Source: Bryobacterales bacterium (GTDB lineage: Bacteria > Acidobacteriota > Terriglobia > Bryobacterales > Bryobacteraceae). Taken from it: 53,921 bases of DNA. This document shows positions 34,633-43,678 of this stretch, in pieces; positions within the stretch are counted from its first letter, which is position 1; every line of letters begins with the position of its first letter. The notes beneath the pieces were generated by a model, which was not told the DNA's origin, did not search any database, and was given only the letters and a program-made list of their open reading frames with translations. The DNA lies in the NCBI GenBank assembly GCA_027450225.1, contig DAIDJK010000144.1, positions 1 to 53,921 of the forward strand. The letters run 5' to 3'. Made by a program: the position numbers and the translations under genes.

Positions 34633-36111
34633 ATGACGAAACGCGCCGTGGTGATTGGAGCAGGGCTTGGGGGTCTCGCCACCGCCGCCCGGCTGGCGCG
34701 AACCGGCTGGCGCGTCACGGTGTGCGAAGCCGGCGACAGCTTCGGCGGCAAAATGAACCGCTGGGCGCCGGATGGTTTTCACTTCGACACAGGCCCCTCG
34801 CTCATCACCATGCCCTGGGTTTTCCGCGAAACCTTCGAAGCCGCCGGAGGCCGCCTCGAAGACTATGCGGAACTCGTCCGGCTCGACCCCATCGCGCAAT
34901 ACCGTTTCGACGACGGCACGGAATTCGACTACACCAGCCGGTTGCCGGAATGGCACGCCACCCTGGGGCGTCTGAACTCGCTCGACGTGGAAGGATTCCA
35001 CCGATTCATGGCACTGGGCGGGAAGCTGTTCGAACTTTCCAGCGCCACTTTCTTTCGGCGCTCGCCGTTCGAGCGGCCCCGGCTCTCCGAGCTGCGCGCA
35101 ATCACCGGCGTTCCGCTGCGGCATGCCTGGGGAAATTATCAGCGGATGGTTGAGAGCTTCTTCCGGGACCGCCGTCTGCGCCAGTTGTTTGGGCGTTATC
35201 CGACATACGTCGGTTCGTCTCCGTATCAGGCGCCCTCGACGCTCGCGGTGATTCCCTACATCGAATTCAGCCTTGGCGGCTACGCGGTTCGCGGTGGACT
35301 TTACCGGATTGTGGAAGGTCTGGCGGATCTCGCGCGCGCCGCGGGCGCGGAGCTTCGAGCCTGCGCGCGTGTGACGCGGATCGTGACCAGTCGCGGATCG
35401 GTTTCCCACGTGGAACTCTCCGGTGGAGAACGGATCGATTGCGATGTCGCGGTGATGAACGGCGACGCGGCGACGCTCGACGAACTTCTCGGGCGCAATC
35501 GCAACGAAGCCGGCGAAAACAGCGCGGCTCCACCCGATCGTTCGATGTCTGGCGTCGTGTTTCTCTTTGGGCTGAACCGCAGACTTCGCGGAATTCAGCC
35601 GCATACGGTGATGTTTTCCGCCGATTACCGCCGCGAATTCAGCCAGATTTTCGAGCACAGCCACTTTCCGGAAGATCCGACCGTGTATGTGAACGCGCCC
35701 TCCGTTGCGGACCGCTCACTTGCGCCGGAAGGCGGTGAGACGCTGTTCGTAATGGCCAACGCTCCCGCCAGCCACACCGTCTGGGATGCGAAGAAGATTT
35801 GCGAAGCGCGGTCGCGTATTCTCGCCCGCCTGCGCCGCTCCGGTTTTCCCGCCTTCGAAGGCGCCATCACGGTAAGCGATGTCTGGACGCCCAACCGGCT
35901 CGCGAACCGTTATCTCGCGCCGGGAGGCGCTATTTATGGCGGCAATTCGCATGGCTGGAAGAACGCGTTTCTGCGGCCCGCCAACCGCAGCCGGAAAGCG
36001 GACGGATTGTATCTGGTGGGCGGAAGTTCGCATCCCGGCGGCGGTACGCCCACCGTACTCATGTCCGCCGCCATCACCACTCGCCTTATCGAACGGCGGT
36101 TCGGAAATTGA
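34633..36111 (+). CDS. Second phytoene desaturase-family FAD oxidoreductase (CrtI/CrtD-type)
   Basis: 492 aa with RAVVIGAGLGGLATAARLARTGWRVTVCEAGDSFGGK and the C-terminal GLYLVGGSSHPGGGTPTVLMSA. Confidence 0.8.
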   Translation: MTKRAVVIGAGLGGLATAARLARTGWRVTVCEAGDSFGGKMNRWAPDGFHFDTGPSLITMPWVFRETFEAAGGRLEDYAELVRLDPIAQYRFDDGTEFDYTSRLPEWHATLGRLNSLDVEGFHRFMALGGKLFELSSATFFRRSPFERPRLSELRAITGVPLRHAWGNYQRMVESFFRDRRLRQLFGRYPTYVGSSPYQAPSTLAVIPYIEFSLGGYAVRGGLYRIVEGLADLARAAGAELRACARVTRIVTSRGSVSHVELSGGERIDCDVAVMNGDAATLDELLGRNRNEAGENSAAPPDRSMSGVVFLFGLNRRLRGIQPHTVMFSADYRREFSQIFEHSHFPEDPTVYVNAPSVADRSLAPEGGETLFVMANAPASHTVWDAKKICEARSRILARLRRSGFPAFEGAITVSDVWTPNRLANRYLAPGGAIYGGNSHGWKNAFLRPANRSRKADGLYLVGGSSHPGGGTPTVLMSAAITTRLIERRFGN

Positions 36112-36794
36112 CCTTCCGGGGCGTGCTCTGGGCGGTGTACGCCGTGTTCTGGGCAGGTGGCGTGATCGCCGGTGGCGCTGCGAGGCAGGCGGCATGGGCC
36201 CCGCCGGCTTTCCTCGGCATCGCCGCAACCATCGTGCTCCTCGAAAGGTCAACACGCGAACGCCCCAGTCTCGTCGCTGCGGCTCTCATCGGTTTCGCGT
36301 CTGAACTGATTGGAGTGCATTCGGGAGTTCCGTTCGGGACGTATCGCTACACCACGGTTCTCGGTCCCGCCGTGGCCGGAGTTCCCCTCGCGATCGCCTT
36401 CGCCTGGGTGGTTCTGATCGATTTTGCGCTGGCCGCCGGCCGGCAATGGTGGAGAGCCGCGCTTCTGATGACTGCGGCCGATCTGGTGATTGACCCCCTC
36501 GCTTCCGGCCCGCTTCATTACTGGCAGTGGCTGCAACCCGGCTCGTATTACGGGGTGCCAATGGTAAATTTCGCGGGCTGGCTGATCGTTTGTGCGATTA
36601 TCCTCGTGTTTCAGCCTGCCACCCGGCGATTTTCCGCGGCGGGCTGCAGCGTGCTCGTGTTCTTCAGCGTGCTCGCATTCGAGAATCGCCTTTGGGTTCC
36701 GGCCGGAATCGGATGCGTACTGGCGGCAGCCCCCGGATTGTCCACTGCCCGCGTTAAGTTTCCGCTGGTTCGTCGTCCGGGAACAGCGCCGTAA
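36108..36794 (+). CDS. cruF: Carotenoid biosynthesis membrane protein, DUF422/CruF-like (carotenoid 1,2-hydratase family)
   Basis: It has multiple TM helices and the family motif ELIGVHSGVPFGTYRYT. The likely start is TTG 36108 (TTGA overlap with the upstream stop) or GTG 36123. The long track ORF from 35799 is an out-of-frame overlap with the desaturase. Confidence 0.65.
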   Translation: MTFRGVLWAVYAVFWAGGVIAGGAARQAAWAPPAFLGIAATIVLLERSTRERPSLVAAALIGFASELIGVHSGVPFGTYRYTTVLGPAVAGVPLAIAFAWVVLIDFALAAGRQWWRAALLMTAADLVIDPLASGPLHYWQWLQPGSYYGVPMVNFAGWLIVCAIILVFQPATRRFSAAGCSVLVFFSVLAFENRLWVPAGIGCVLAAAPGLSTARVKFPLVRRPGTAP

Positions 36795-39567
36795 CGGATG
36801 TCCCGCGGCCCACCGTGGACGTGACGTACAAGGCGCCCCCATGCGCACGAACGATCCCCGCCACGGCGGCCAGCCCCAGTCCCCGGCCCTGGAATTTAGT
36901 GGTGAAAAACGGGTCGAACATCCGGGACTGGATCTGCTCGCTCATTCCGCAGCCGGTGTCGGAAACCTCGACATAAACATACCGGCCCGGGCCGCCTTCA
37001 CTGATATCGGCCCGAACGATATCGAACTCCGAAAGCGTCCTGTGGCCGCTCCGAATCACAATCTCGGCGGGTTCTTTCATCGGCCCGGCATCGACCTGAA
37101 AAGCTTCCGCTGCATTGGTGACGAGGCTCAGAATGACCTGTTGAATCTGCGCGCGATCCGCTCGCATGCAAGCGCGTTCCCGCTCCGCTTCCACGCGGAT
37201 ACGGATGGAGCGCGGCGTGGCGGCGCGGGCAATCTCGCTCACCTCGTGAATTACCCCGGAGACGTTCACGCGTTCCAGCAGTACGCTACCTTTGCCTGCG
37301 TACGCGAGCATCTGCCGGGTCAGCCGCGCGGCCTCGTTCGCTGAGCGCGTGATGCGTTCGATGAAATTTTGGGCGGCATGCCCGGTTCCGACGGACTCTC
37401 GCGCGAGACTGGCGTAGCCGATCACGGCGGTCAGCAGATTGTTGAAATCATGAGCGATGCCTCCTGCGAGCACCGCGATGGATTCGGTTTTCTGCGCCTC
37501 GCGGAGATGTTTTTCGGTCAGGCGTTTCTCGGTCAAGTCCAGCACATGGCAGAGTACGGCGTCGAGGCCCCCGTCCCGGTCGTAAATGGTGGAACTATGC
37601 CATTCGCATTCGATGACGGAACCATCTTTTCGATGATTGCGGTACACCATCGAGGCGCGAGGCTGAGTCCCGTCCAGAAAACCCCGGAAGACCCTGTGGA
37701 CGGTATCGAGATCGTCCGGATAAATAAAGGGAAACTCTTCGACCCCGCGGTCGAGCACCTCGGCCGCCGTCCAGCCGAACAGTGCTTCGGCTTCCCTCGA
37801 CCATCGTGTGATCCTGAGTTCGCTGTCGAGGTGAACAATCGCGATCGGCGAATTCTCAATAAGCGCATTCAATCGTGGAATGGCGGCTGCGAGCGCCTGC
37901 TCGGTCTGTTTCCGGGCCGTGATATCGATCAGAATCCCGGTGCTGCGGACAGCGCGGCGGTCACCACCTTCGCCGGAGAAGAAGGTCTTCGAACACTTAT
38001 GCACCCACCGGATATCGCCATCGCTGGCGCGAACCACGCGGAACTCCAGGTCGAACTCACCGGAACCGGTGGGATCCAGCGCCTTCGAAAAATGCTCCGC
38101 CACCCGTTCCCGGTCGAATGGGTGAACCGCAGCGAGCAGCGTCTGCTGGCTCGCATCGGAGCCGCGCGGCAATCCGAGGATGTCGTACATTTCGGGCGAC
38201 CAGAACGACGCGCCGGTCTCGGCATCCAGATCGCGGATACCAAAACCCGATGCCTGCGCGGCCAGGCGAAGACGCTCTTCGCTTCGCGCGAGTTGCCCGG
38301 CCACGCAGGCCCGCTCAACGGCCGGCCAGACGCGCGAGGCGAATTCGTGCAGCAGATGCAGATCCGGAGCTTCCCATTCCCGCGCCGAGGAACTGATGAC
38401 GGCGAGCAGCGCCACCGGTTTGCCGTCGCGGAGATAAGCCGTTTGCACGATGGCGCGAAAACCCTCGGCTGCGAAGCGTGGCGCGAACGCCGCGGTGCGG
38501 GCGTCCGTTGCCAGATCCGCGATGGCGACCGTCTCGCCGGCTTTGAGGGCGGCGATCACCTCTGGCAAATAGAACTGCCGGAGCTGATACGCGCCGAGTT
38601 CGGCCGGGCCGGCTTTCTTCCACTGGTACGAGACGTTGATCGAATCCCGAAGCGGATCGAATTCGCTGAACGAGCAGCGATCGGCCTGAAAGTGCTCGCC
38701 CAGCAGCCGCAGTGCCTCGCTTGCGAGTTCGCGGGCGCCACTCACGCCGGCAATGGCGTGGTCCAGCCGCAGGAGAAACCGGGCATCTTCGGCGGCGCGC
38801 CGCATTCCGGAAATATTCGTCACCAGGGCCAGCAATTTGGAGGGCCGCCCATCTTCTTCCTCGGCCACGGATACGAACCTGCGACCCCAGATCGGCTTGC
38901 CGCTTTTGTGGATGTAACGGGTCTCGACTTCGAAAGAGGGCATTTCGCCCGAAAGCACGCGCTCCACCAGCATGATGTTGCGTTCACGGTCGTCCGGGTA
39001 AAGCAGTCCCGAAACGAGCCTGCCCATTAATTCCGCTTTGGTGTAGCCAAGCCATGCGCAATAGGCCTGGTTGCAATCTTCAAGGCGTCCGGCGCGATCC
39101 GAAATGCTGATTCCGGTAGCCGCATTTTCGAAAATGCCGCGGAATTTTCGCTCACTCGCCTCGAGACGCGTCTGCCGCCGCCGCACTTCGGTTACGTCGC
39201 GGATAACGGCCAGGAGGCCAACCCTGTTACCGGTCTCGTCAAGCATGGCGGTGACCGCAGACTCGACGCGCCATTCACGCCCGTCTCGTCCGATGTGGGT
39301 GGTTTCACCTCGCCAGCGGCCCTGCTCCTGCAATATCGCCCACGCCGATTGTTCGGCGGCTTCGGAATCGAAACGGTACTGAATCACTTCCGAAAGGCGC
39401 TTGCCCAGAACTTCGGCGGCCGGCACGCCATACCGCTCCGAAGCCGCGCGATTCCAGATCCGTACCCGCTCCTCGCCGTCCACAAGAATCACCGCGTCTG
39501 CAATCTGCTCCAGAACTTCGGTTTGCAGGTTCAACCAATGGCTTACTGCATGGGCAGGAGTTGGCAT
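36754..39567 (-). CDS. Cytoplasmic multi-PAS/GAF sensor histidine kinase
   Basis: 937 aa with several PAS-like repeats (e.g. ADAVILVDGEERVRIWNRAASERYG, ATGISISDRAGRLEDCNQAYCAWLGY, SPIAIVHLDSELRITRWSREAEALFGW) and a GAF-like segment. H-box: GGIAHDFNNLLTAVIGYASL. HATPase motifs: LVTNAAEAF, DTGCGM, GRGLGLAAVAGIV. Confidence 0.9.
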   Translation of the reverse strand: MPTPAHAVSHWLNLQTEVLEQIADAVILVDGEERVRIWNRAASERYGVPAAEVLGKRLSEVIQYRFDSEAAEQSAWAILQEQGRWRGETTHIGRDGREWRVESAVTAMLDETGNRVGLLAVIRDVTEVRRRQTRLEASERKFRGIFENAATGISISDRAGRLEDCNQAYCAWLGYTKAELMGRLVSGLLYPDDRERNIMLVERVLSGEMPSFEVETRYIHKSGKPIWGRRFVSVAEEEDGRPSKLLALVTNISGMRRAAEDARFLLRLDHAIAGVSGARELASEALRLLGEHFQADRCSFSEFDPLRDSINVSYQWKKAGPAELGAYQLRQFYLPEVIAALKAGETVAIADLATDARTAAFAPRFAAEGFRAIVQTAYLRDGKPVALLAVISSSAREWEAPDLHLLHEFASRVWPAVERACVAGQLARSEERLRLAAQASGFGIRDLDAETGASFWSPEMYDILGLPRGSDASQQTLLAAVHPFDRERVAEHFSKALDPTGSGEFDLEFRVVRASDGDIRWVHKCSKTFFSGEGGDRRAVRSTGILIDITARKQTEQALAAAIPRLNALIENSPIAIVHLDSELRITRWSREAEALFGWTAAEVLDRGVEEFPFIYPDDLDTVHRVFRGFLDGTQPRASMVYRNHRKDGSVIECEWHSSTIYDRDGGLDAVLCHVLDLTEKRLTEKHLREAQKTESIAVLAGGIAHDFNNLLTAVIGYASLARESVGTGHAAQNFIERITRSANEAARLTRQMLAYAGKGSVLLERVNVSGVIHEVSEIARAATPRSIRIRVEAERERACMRADRAQIQQVILSLVTNAAEAFQVDAGPMKEPAEIVIRSGHRTLSEFDIVRADISEGGPGRYVYVEVSDTGCGMSEQIQSRMFDPFFTTKFQGRGLGLAAVAGIVRAHGGALYVTSTVGRGTSVTALFPDDEPAET

Positions 39568-39717
39568 AGCGGTTCCCTACGCTGTTTCGGCATAATCGGC
39601 CGTGGTAGTACCAGCCGCAGAGCGGTTGCCATGCCGCCCGACGCAACATTAGGTACTCATTCTGGCAGAAGAAAGCGAGGATTTCATCAGGATTTACAAA
39701 CCCACCCCTGTATGAAA

Positions 39718-40563
39718 CTAAGTAGCGTCAGACATTTTGCCTGGCTTGTTGCCACCATGCTCCATTCCAGCTACCTCCGGATTCACCTTCGGAAAATGCA
39801 TATCGAAAGATTCCAGCGTCTTTACGACGACGTGAGAGACGCAGTAGTTACGGAACCACTTATGATCTGAGGGAATTACGTACCAGGGTGCGTCTTTTGT
39901 GCTGCATCTGGAGATCAGGGCTTCATAGGCCGTCTGGTAGTCGTCCCAGAATCGGCGTTCCCGGAAGTCGGCGGGAGAAGCTTTCCAGTTCTTTTGCGGG
40001 TCTTTGAGGCGCTCCTTGAAGCGTTTTTCCTGCTCGCCGCTGGATATATGCAGAAAAAACTTCAGGATACAGACATCATTATCAGTCAGAATTTTCTCGA
40101 AAGCGTTGATCTGGTCGAACCGCGACTGCCAGGTGCTCTTTGGAACCAGGCGGTGAACGCGCGTGACCAGCACGTCTTCGTAATGCGACCGATTGAAAAT
40201 TCCGATAAATCCTTTGGCAGGCACCGCGGCGTGGACCCGCCAGAGAAAGTCGTGCGCCAGTTCGGTTGCGCTCGGCTGTTTGAATGAGGTCACGCTGCAG
40301 CCCTGCGGATTCACGCCGGACATTACGTGTTTGATGGTGCCGTCCTTGCCGGCCGCATCCATCCCCTGGAGCACGATCAGCAGCGCGCGTCTGCTTTCCG
40401 CATAGAGCAGTTCATGCAGATTCGCGAGCTGCTGAACGTGCTGTTTCATCTCGTCGCGCGCGTCCGATTTGGAAACCCCGTGGGTATCTTTCGGGTCCCA
40501 CTTCTTCAGCTCGAATTTGTTCGGGGAATCGACGCGAAGCCTGTCTGCATGAAGCGCCACCAC
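39718..40563 (-). CDS. ppk2: Polyphosphate kinase 2 family protein (single PPK2 domain)
   Basis: 281 aa. ALLIVLQGMDAAGKDGTIKHVMSGVNPQG contains the Walker A. FKQPS..ELAHDFLWRVH...P.KG.IGIFNRSHYEDVLV.RVH and the lid region are also present. Confidence 0.9.
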   Translation of the reverse strand: MVALHADRLRVDSPNKFELKKWDPKDTHGVSKSDARDEMKQHVQQLANLHELLYAESRRALLIVLQGMDAAGKDGTIKHVMSGVNPQGCSVTSFKQPSATELAHDFLWRVHAAVPAKGFIGIFNRSHYEDVLVTRVHRLVPKSTWQSRFDQINAFEKILTDNDVCILKFFLHISSGEQEKRFKERLKDPQKNWKASPADFRERRFWDDYQTAYEALISRCSTKDAPWYVIPSDHKWFRNYCVSHVVVKTLESFDMHFPKVNPEVAGMEHGGNKPGKMSDAT

Positions 40564-40587
40564 CGCCAGTTTGCTACGAGACGATGA

Positions 40588-41742
40588 CTATTGTCCAGGA
40601 AGAACTGTGAGAACGCGGGCGAGAACCTCCTCCGGCGAGCGGCCGCCGGCGTCGATCACATGCGCATCTCCTGGTCCCTGGGGTGACCAGCGCTGGCGGA
40701 AGCGTTCCGATGGCGCACCGGCGAAGATCGCGACCAGCGGAATGCCCGACGCCGCCGCGGCATGCTGTCCGGCGGAGTCGTAGCCGAAATAGAAATCGCT
40801 TTGCGAAATGATTGACGCGAAGCCGGCGAAGGAACCCTCCCAGAAGCGAAGATCGATGGAACCACAGGCGGCTGCCGCTTCAGTGACGCGCGCAGCCTCA
40901 GCGCCGCCGGCGCCGCGGTCCACATAGAGCGTCCGAAAGCGCCGGGCAATTTCCGCGATCACCCTGCGTTCGAACTCGAGTCCGAGACGCTTGTTCTCGT
41001 TTTCGCCTACGCCCAGGCTGATGGTGGCGAAAGGCCGGCTCGCAGCTGCGTGCACGCGCTTCGGATCGAGAAAGGCCGGGCCTGTGATGCCGAAATTCGA
41101 ATGCAGCCACTCCCGGACAAGGTCTCTCAGGTTGGCGCTCCCATAACCGCCTGCCGTGCGGCTGGGGAAGTGGAAGCAGCTTGCGGGCTCGCAAACGGGA
41201 ATGAGGCCAAGCTGCGTCATCCGCGAATCGGGATCGATTACGATCCGGTTCGGCGTGTGGAGCTGCTCTCGAAGACGGTGCGCGAATTCGATTCGGTCCT
41301 CGATCGAGCCTCCGCGCGGATAATCCGCTTCCAGAAAGTCCAGCCCGCGCTCATTTTCGAACAGCTCGATCGATTTGCGATTGGCGACGAACACGACGCG
41401 GGCCTGCGGGAAGCGCCGCCGCATCGCCATCAACATGGGGCTCACGATCTTGATATCGGCGCCCAGCGTGACGCGCGAGAGCACGTAGACGGTATCGACC
41501 GGATCGGGAATTTGCGGCTCTGCTCTATGTGCTCGCGGAATCCACACGCGCATCAGCTTTTCGTAGATCGCCGCCTGCGCCGGATCGAACGAATCGGCGA
41601 GCGCTTCGACCACGATGCGAAAGAATTCCCCCGCGCACCCGCCGCCGAGCGACCGGACTTCAGCCGGATCGGGTTCTTCGCCGCTTCGGATGCGATCGAG
41701 CAGCCGCCTCGCCCGCTCGCTACACGAAATACTTGCCAACAA
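40588..41742 (-). CDS. Glycosyltransferase family 9 (heptosyltransferase)-like protein
   Basis: 384 aa with the C-terminal motif SDFYFGYDSAGQHAAAASGIPLVAIFAG (GT9 pattern G.DSG..HLAAA.G.P.V.LFG). The N-terminal about 90 aa are an extra region without a recognisable motif. Confidence 0.6.
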   Translation of the reverse strand: MLASISCSERARRLLDRIRSGEEPDPAEVRSLGGGCAGEFFRIVVEALADSFDPAQAAIYEKLMRVWIPRAHRAEPQIPDPVDTVYVLSRVTLGADIKIVSPMLMAMRRRFPQARVVFVANRKSIELFENERGLDFLEADYPRGGSIEDRIEFAHRLREQLHTPNRIVIDPDSRMTQLGLIPVCEPASCFHFPSRTAGGYGSANLRDLVREWLHSNFGITGPAFLDPKRVHAAASRPFATISLGVGENENKRLGLEFERRVIAEIARRFRTLYVDRGAGGAEAARVTEAAAACGSIDLRFWEGSFAGFASIISQSDFYFGYDSAGQHAAAASGIPLVAIFAGAPSERFRQRWSPQGPGDAHVIDAGGRSPEEVLARVLTVLPGQ

Positions 41743-42577
41743 TCGGTCTCAGCTTCTCGAGCGTAGCGGGAGGAACCAGCTTCTTGTCCGTGATGAGCGC
41801 ATGCGCGAGCGACGAGCCGCACTTGCACTGGCGCGTGGCCGGCATCAGCTTTGCCGCCTCTGCCACCACCGCGCATGCATTCGCCGCGTTCTGTTGCAGC
41901 ACGCGCAGAATATCGGTCACCTGCACGGCGTCGTGCTCCTCATGCCAGCAATCATAATCCGTCACCATGGCGATGGTGACGTAGCAGATTTCGGCTTCAC
42001 GCGCCAGCTTCGCTTCCTGCAGGTTGGTCATGCCGATGACATCCATCCCCCAGGAACGATAGATATTGGATTCTGCTTTGGTGGAGAACGCGGGCCCTTC
42101 CATGCACAAGTAGGTTCCACCGCGGCTCACGTGCACCTTCGCGGACTGGCAGGCCTTCTCAACCACCAGCGAAAGCTCCGGGCACACCGGATCGGCGAAA
42201 CTGACGTGCGCCACCAGTCCTTCACCGAAGAAGGTGGAGATGCGGCCGCGGGTGCGGTCGAAGAACTGATCGGGAATCACGAAATCGAGCGGCTTGTGTT
42301 CTTCCTTCATCGATCCGACCGCGCTCAGCGAAAGGATGCGCTCGACGCCCAGCGTCTTCATCGCATAAATATTGGCGCGAAAGTTCAATTCCGAGGGCGA
42401 GATCCGATGGCCGCGCCCGTGCCGCGCCAGAAAGAGGACGTCTTTGCCTTGTAACTCGCCGCGAATAAAGTTATCCGACGGCGGTCCAAAAGGAGTTTGT
42501 ATGGTGATTTCTTCCTGGGCTGAAAAGCCGGGCATGGAATACAGACCGCTTCCGCCGATGATGCCGACAGGTGGCAA
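41720..42577 (-). CDS. mtnP: S-methyl-5'-thioadenosine phosphorylase
   Basis: 285 aa with VGIIGGSGLY....F........TPFG.PS......G.L.GKDVLFLARHGRGHRISPSELNFRANIYAMKTLGVERILSLSAVGS and VIGMTNLQEAKLAREAEICY. Confidence 0.9.
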   Translation of the reverse strand: MPPVGIIGGSGLYSMPGFSAQEEITIQTPFGPPSDNFIRGELQGKDVLFLARHGRGHRISPSELNFRANIYAMKTLGVERILSLSAVGSMKEEHKPLDFVIPDQFFDRTRGRISTFFGEGLVAHVSFADPVCPELSLVVEKACQSAKVHVSRGGTYLCMEGPAFSTKAESNIYRSWGMDVIGMTNLQEAKLAREAEICYVTIAMVTDYDCWHEEHDAVQVTDILRVLQQNAANACAVVAEAAKLMPATRQCKCGSSLAHALITDKKLVPPATLEKLRPIVGKYFV

Positions 42578-42586
42578 ATGTGCTCC

Positions 42587-43675
42587 TTATTGTTGGATAA
42601 GTTCCCATAGTACGCCACCGGTGGAAGCGGGATGCACGAAGACGTAGAGGTGTCCGCCCGCGCCTCGCCGGGGCGGTCCGAGCAGCCGCGCGCCCGCGGC
42701 TTCAAGGCGGCCGATTGCGGCGTTGAGATCGGGAACCCGCAGAGCCACGTGATGAAGACCGGGGCCGCGCTTCGACACGAATTTCGCGATCGTCGAATCC
42801 GCGGCAGCGGCCTCGAGCAGCTCGATTCGCGACTCGCCGGCGGGCAGCATGGCCACCCTAACCTTTTCGTGTTCCACGGTCTCGCATGAAGCCACCGTGA
42901 GACCCAACTGGTCGCGATAGAAGGCAAGGGCTGAGTCGATCGATTCCACTGCAATCCCCATGTGATCGATCTGGAAATCCGCCTCTGGCGACTTCCACCG
43001 GCTGCGCTCGCGCATCTCCAGCGCCACCGCCAGCTCTGCAATGCCCCTGCCTTCGGTCGCCACCGTCAAAAAAATCGGCGCGCGCTTCTCACCGAGCGAG
43101 AGCATGCCCTCGATTTCCCGCCGGGTTTTCTCGGCGCCGGGCAAATCCGCCTTGTTGATCACGAACACGCCGGCGATCTCCATGATTCCCGCCTTGATCG
43201 CCTGAACATCGTCGCCCATGCCGGGAGTCAGCACCAGGGCGGTCACATCGGCCACGCCCGCCACCGCAATCTCATCCTGCCCTACGCCCACCGTCTCGAT
43301 CACGATCAGATCGAATCCCGCGGATCGAAACAGTTTCGCCAGATTGAACGTCGTTTTCGCCAGACCGCCGGGCGCGCCCCGGGTCGCCATGGAGCGCACG
43401 AACACCCCGGAATCGGCGTGATGCCGCTGCATCCGGATGCGGTCGCCCAGAATTGCCCCGCCCGTGGCGCGGCTCGATGGATCCACCGCGAGAATCGCCA
43501 CCGTTTTGCCGTGCGCGCGCCACTCCGCCGTCAGCGCGTCCACGAGCGAACTCTTGCCGGCGCCAGGCGGTCCGGTGACGCCGATAATCAGCCCCGCTCC
43601 CGCGGGCAATCCATCCGGCAGCGGCGCGCCGTTCTCGATCGCCGTGGCCAGGCGTGCAATCTCGCGCGGCGGCAT
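42587..43675 (-). CDS. Fusion protein: MeaB/ArgK-type G3E GTPase (G-domain) plus methylmalonyl-CoA epimerase (VOC/glyoxalase fold)
   Basis: 362 aa. The N-terminal half has IIGVTGPPGAGKSSLVDAL (P-loop), VAILAVDPSSRATGGAILGDRIRM, IVIETVGVGQDE and VFVINKADL. The C-terminal about 135 aa read IDHMGIAVESIDSALAFYRDQLGL...RIELLEA....STIAKFVSKRGPGLHHVALRVPDL......LEAAGARLL........GAGGHLYVFVHP.STGGVLWELIQ. Confidence 0.85.
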   Translation of the reverse strand: MPPREIARLATAIENGAPLPDGLPAGAGLIIGVTGPPGAGKSSLVDALTAEWRAHGKTVAILAVDPSSRATGGAILGDRIRMQRHHADSGVFVRSMATRGAPGGLAKTTFNLAKLFRSAGFDLIVIETVGVGQDEIAVAGVADVTALVLTPGMGDDVQAIKAGIMEIAGVFVINKADLPGAEKTRREIEGMLSLGEKRAPIFLTVATEGRGIAELAVALEMRERSRWKSPEADFQIDHMGIAVESIDSALAFYRDQLGLTVASCETVEHEKVRVAMLPAGESRIELLEAAAADSTIAKFVSKRGPGLHHVALRVPDLNAAIGRLEAAGARLLGPPRRGAGGHLYVFVHPASTGGVLWELIQQ

Positions 43676-43678
43676 CGA

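Noticed and set aside
30599-36794. Alternative reading of the cluster as squalene/hopanoid genes (HpnC/HpnD/HpnE)
   Set aside because: There is only one SQS/PSY-family gene, whereas the Hpn route needs two. A GGPP-type prenyl synthase, two CrtI-family desaturases and a DUF422/CruF-like gene are present, and no squalene-hopene cyclase. Carotenoid synthesis fits better, though phylogeny would be needed to be sure.
36754-36794. 41-nt convergent overlap between the CruF-like gene end and the PAS kinase gene end
   Set aside because: The last about 25 residues of the CruF-like ORF (…STARVKFPLVRRPGTAP) follow the final TM helix and look like unconstrained read-through. This is probably trivial overlap of 3' ends rather than a regulatory antisense arrangement.
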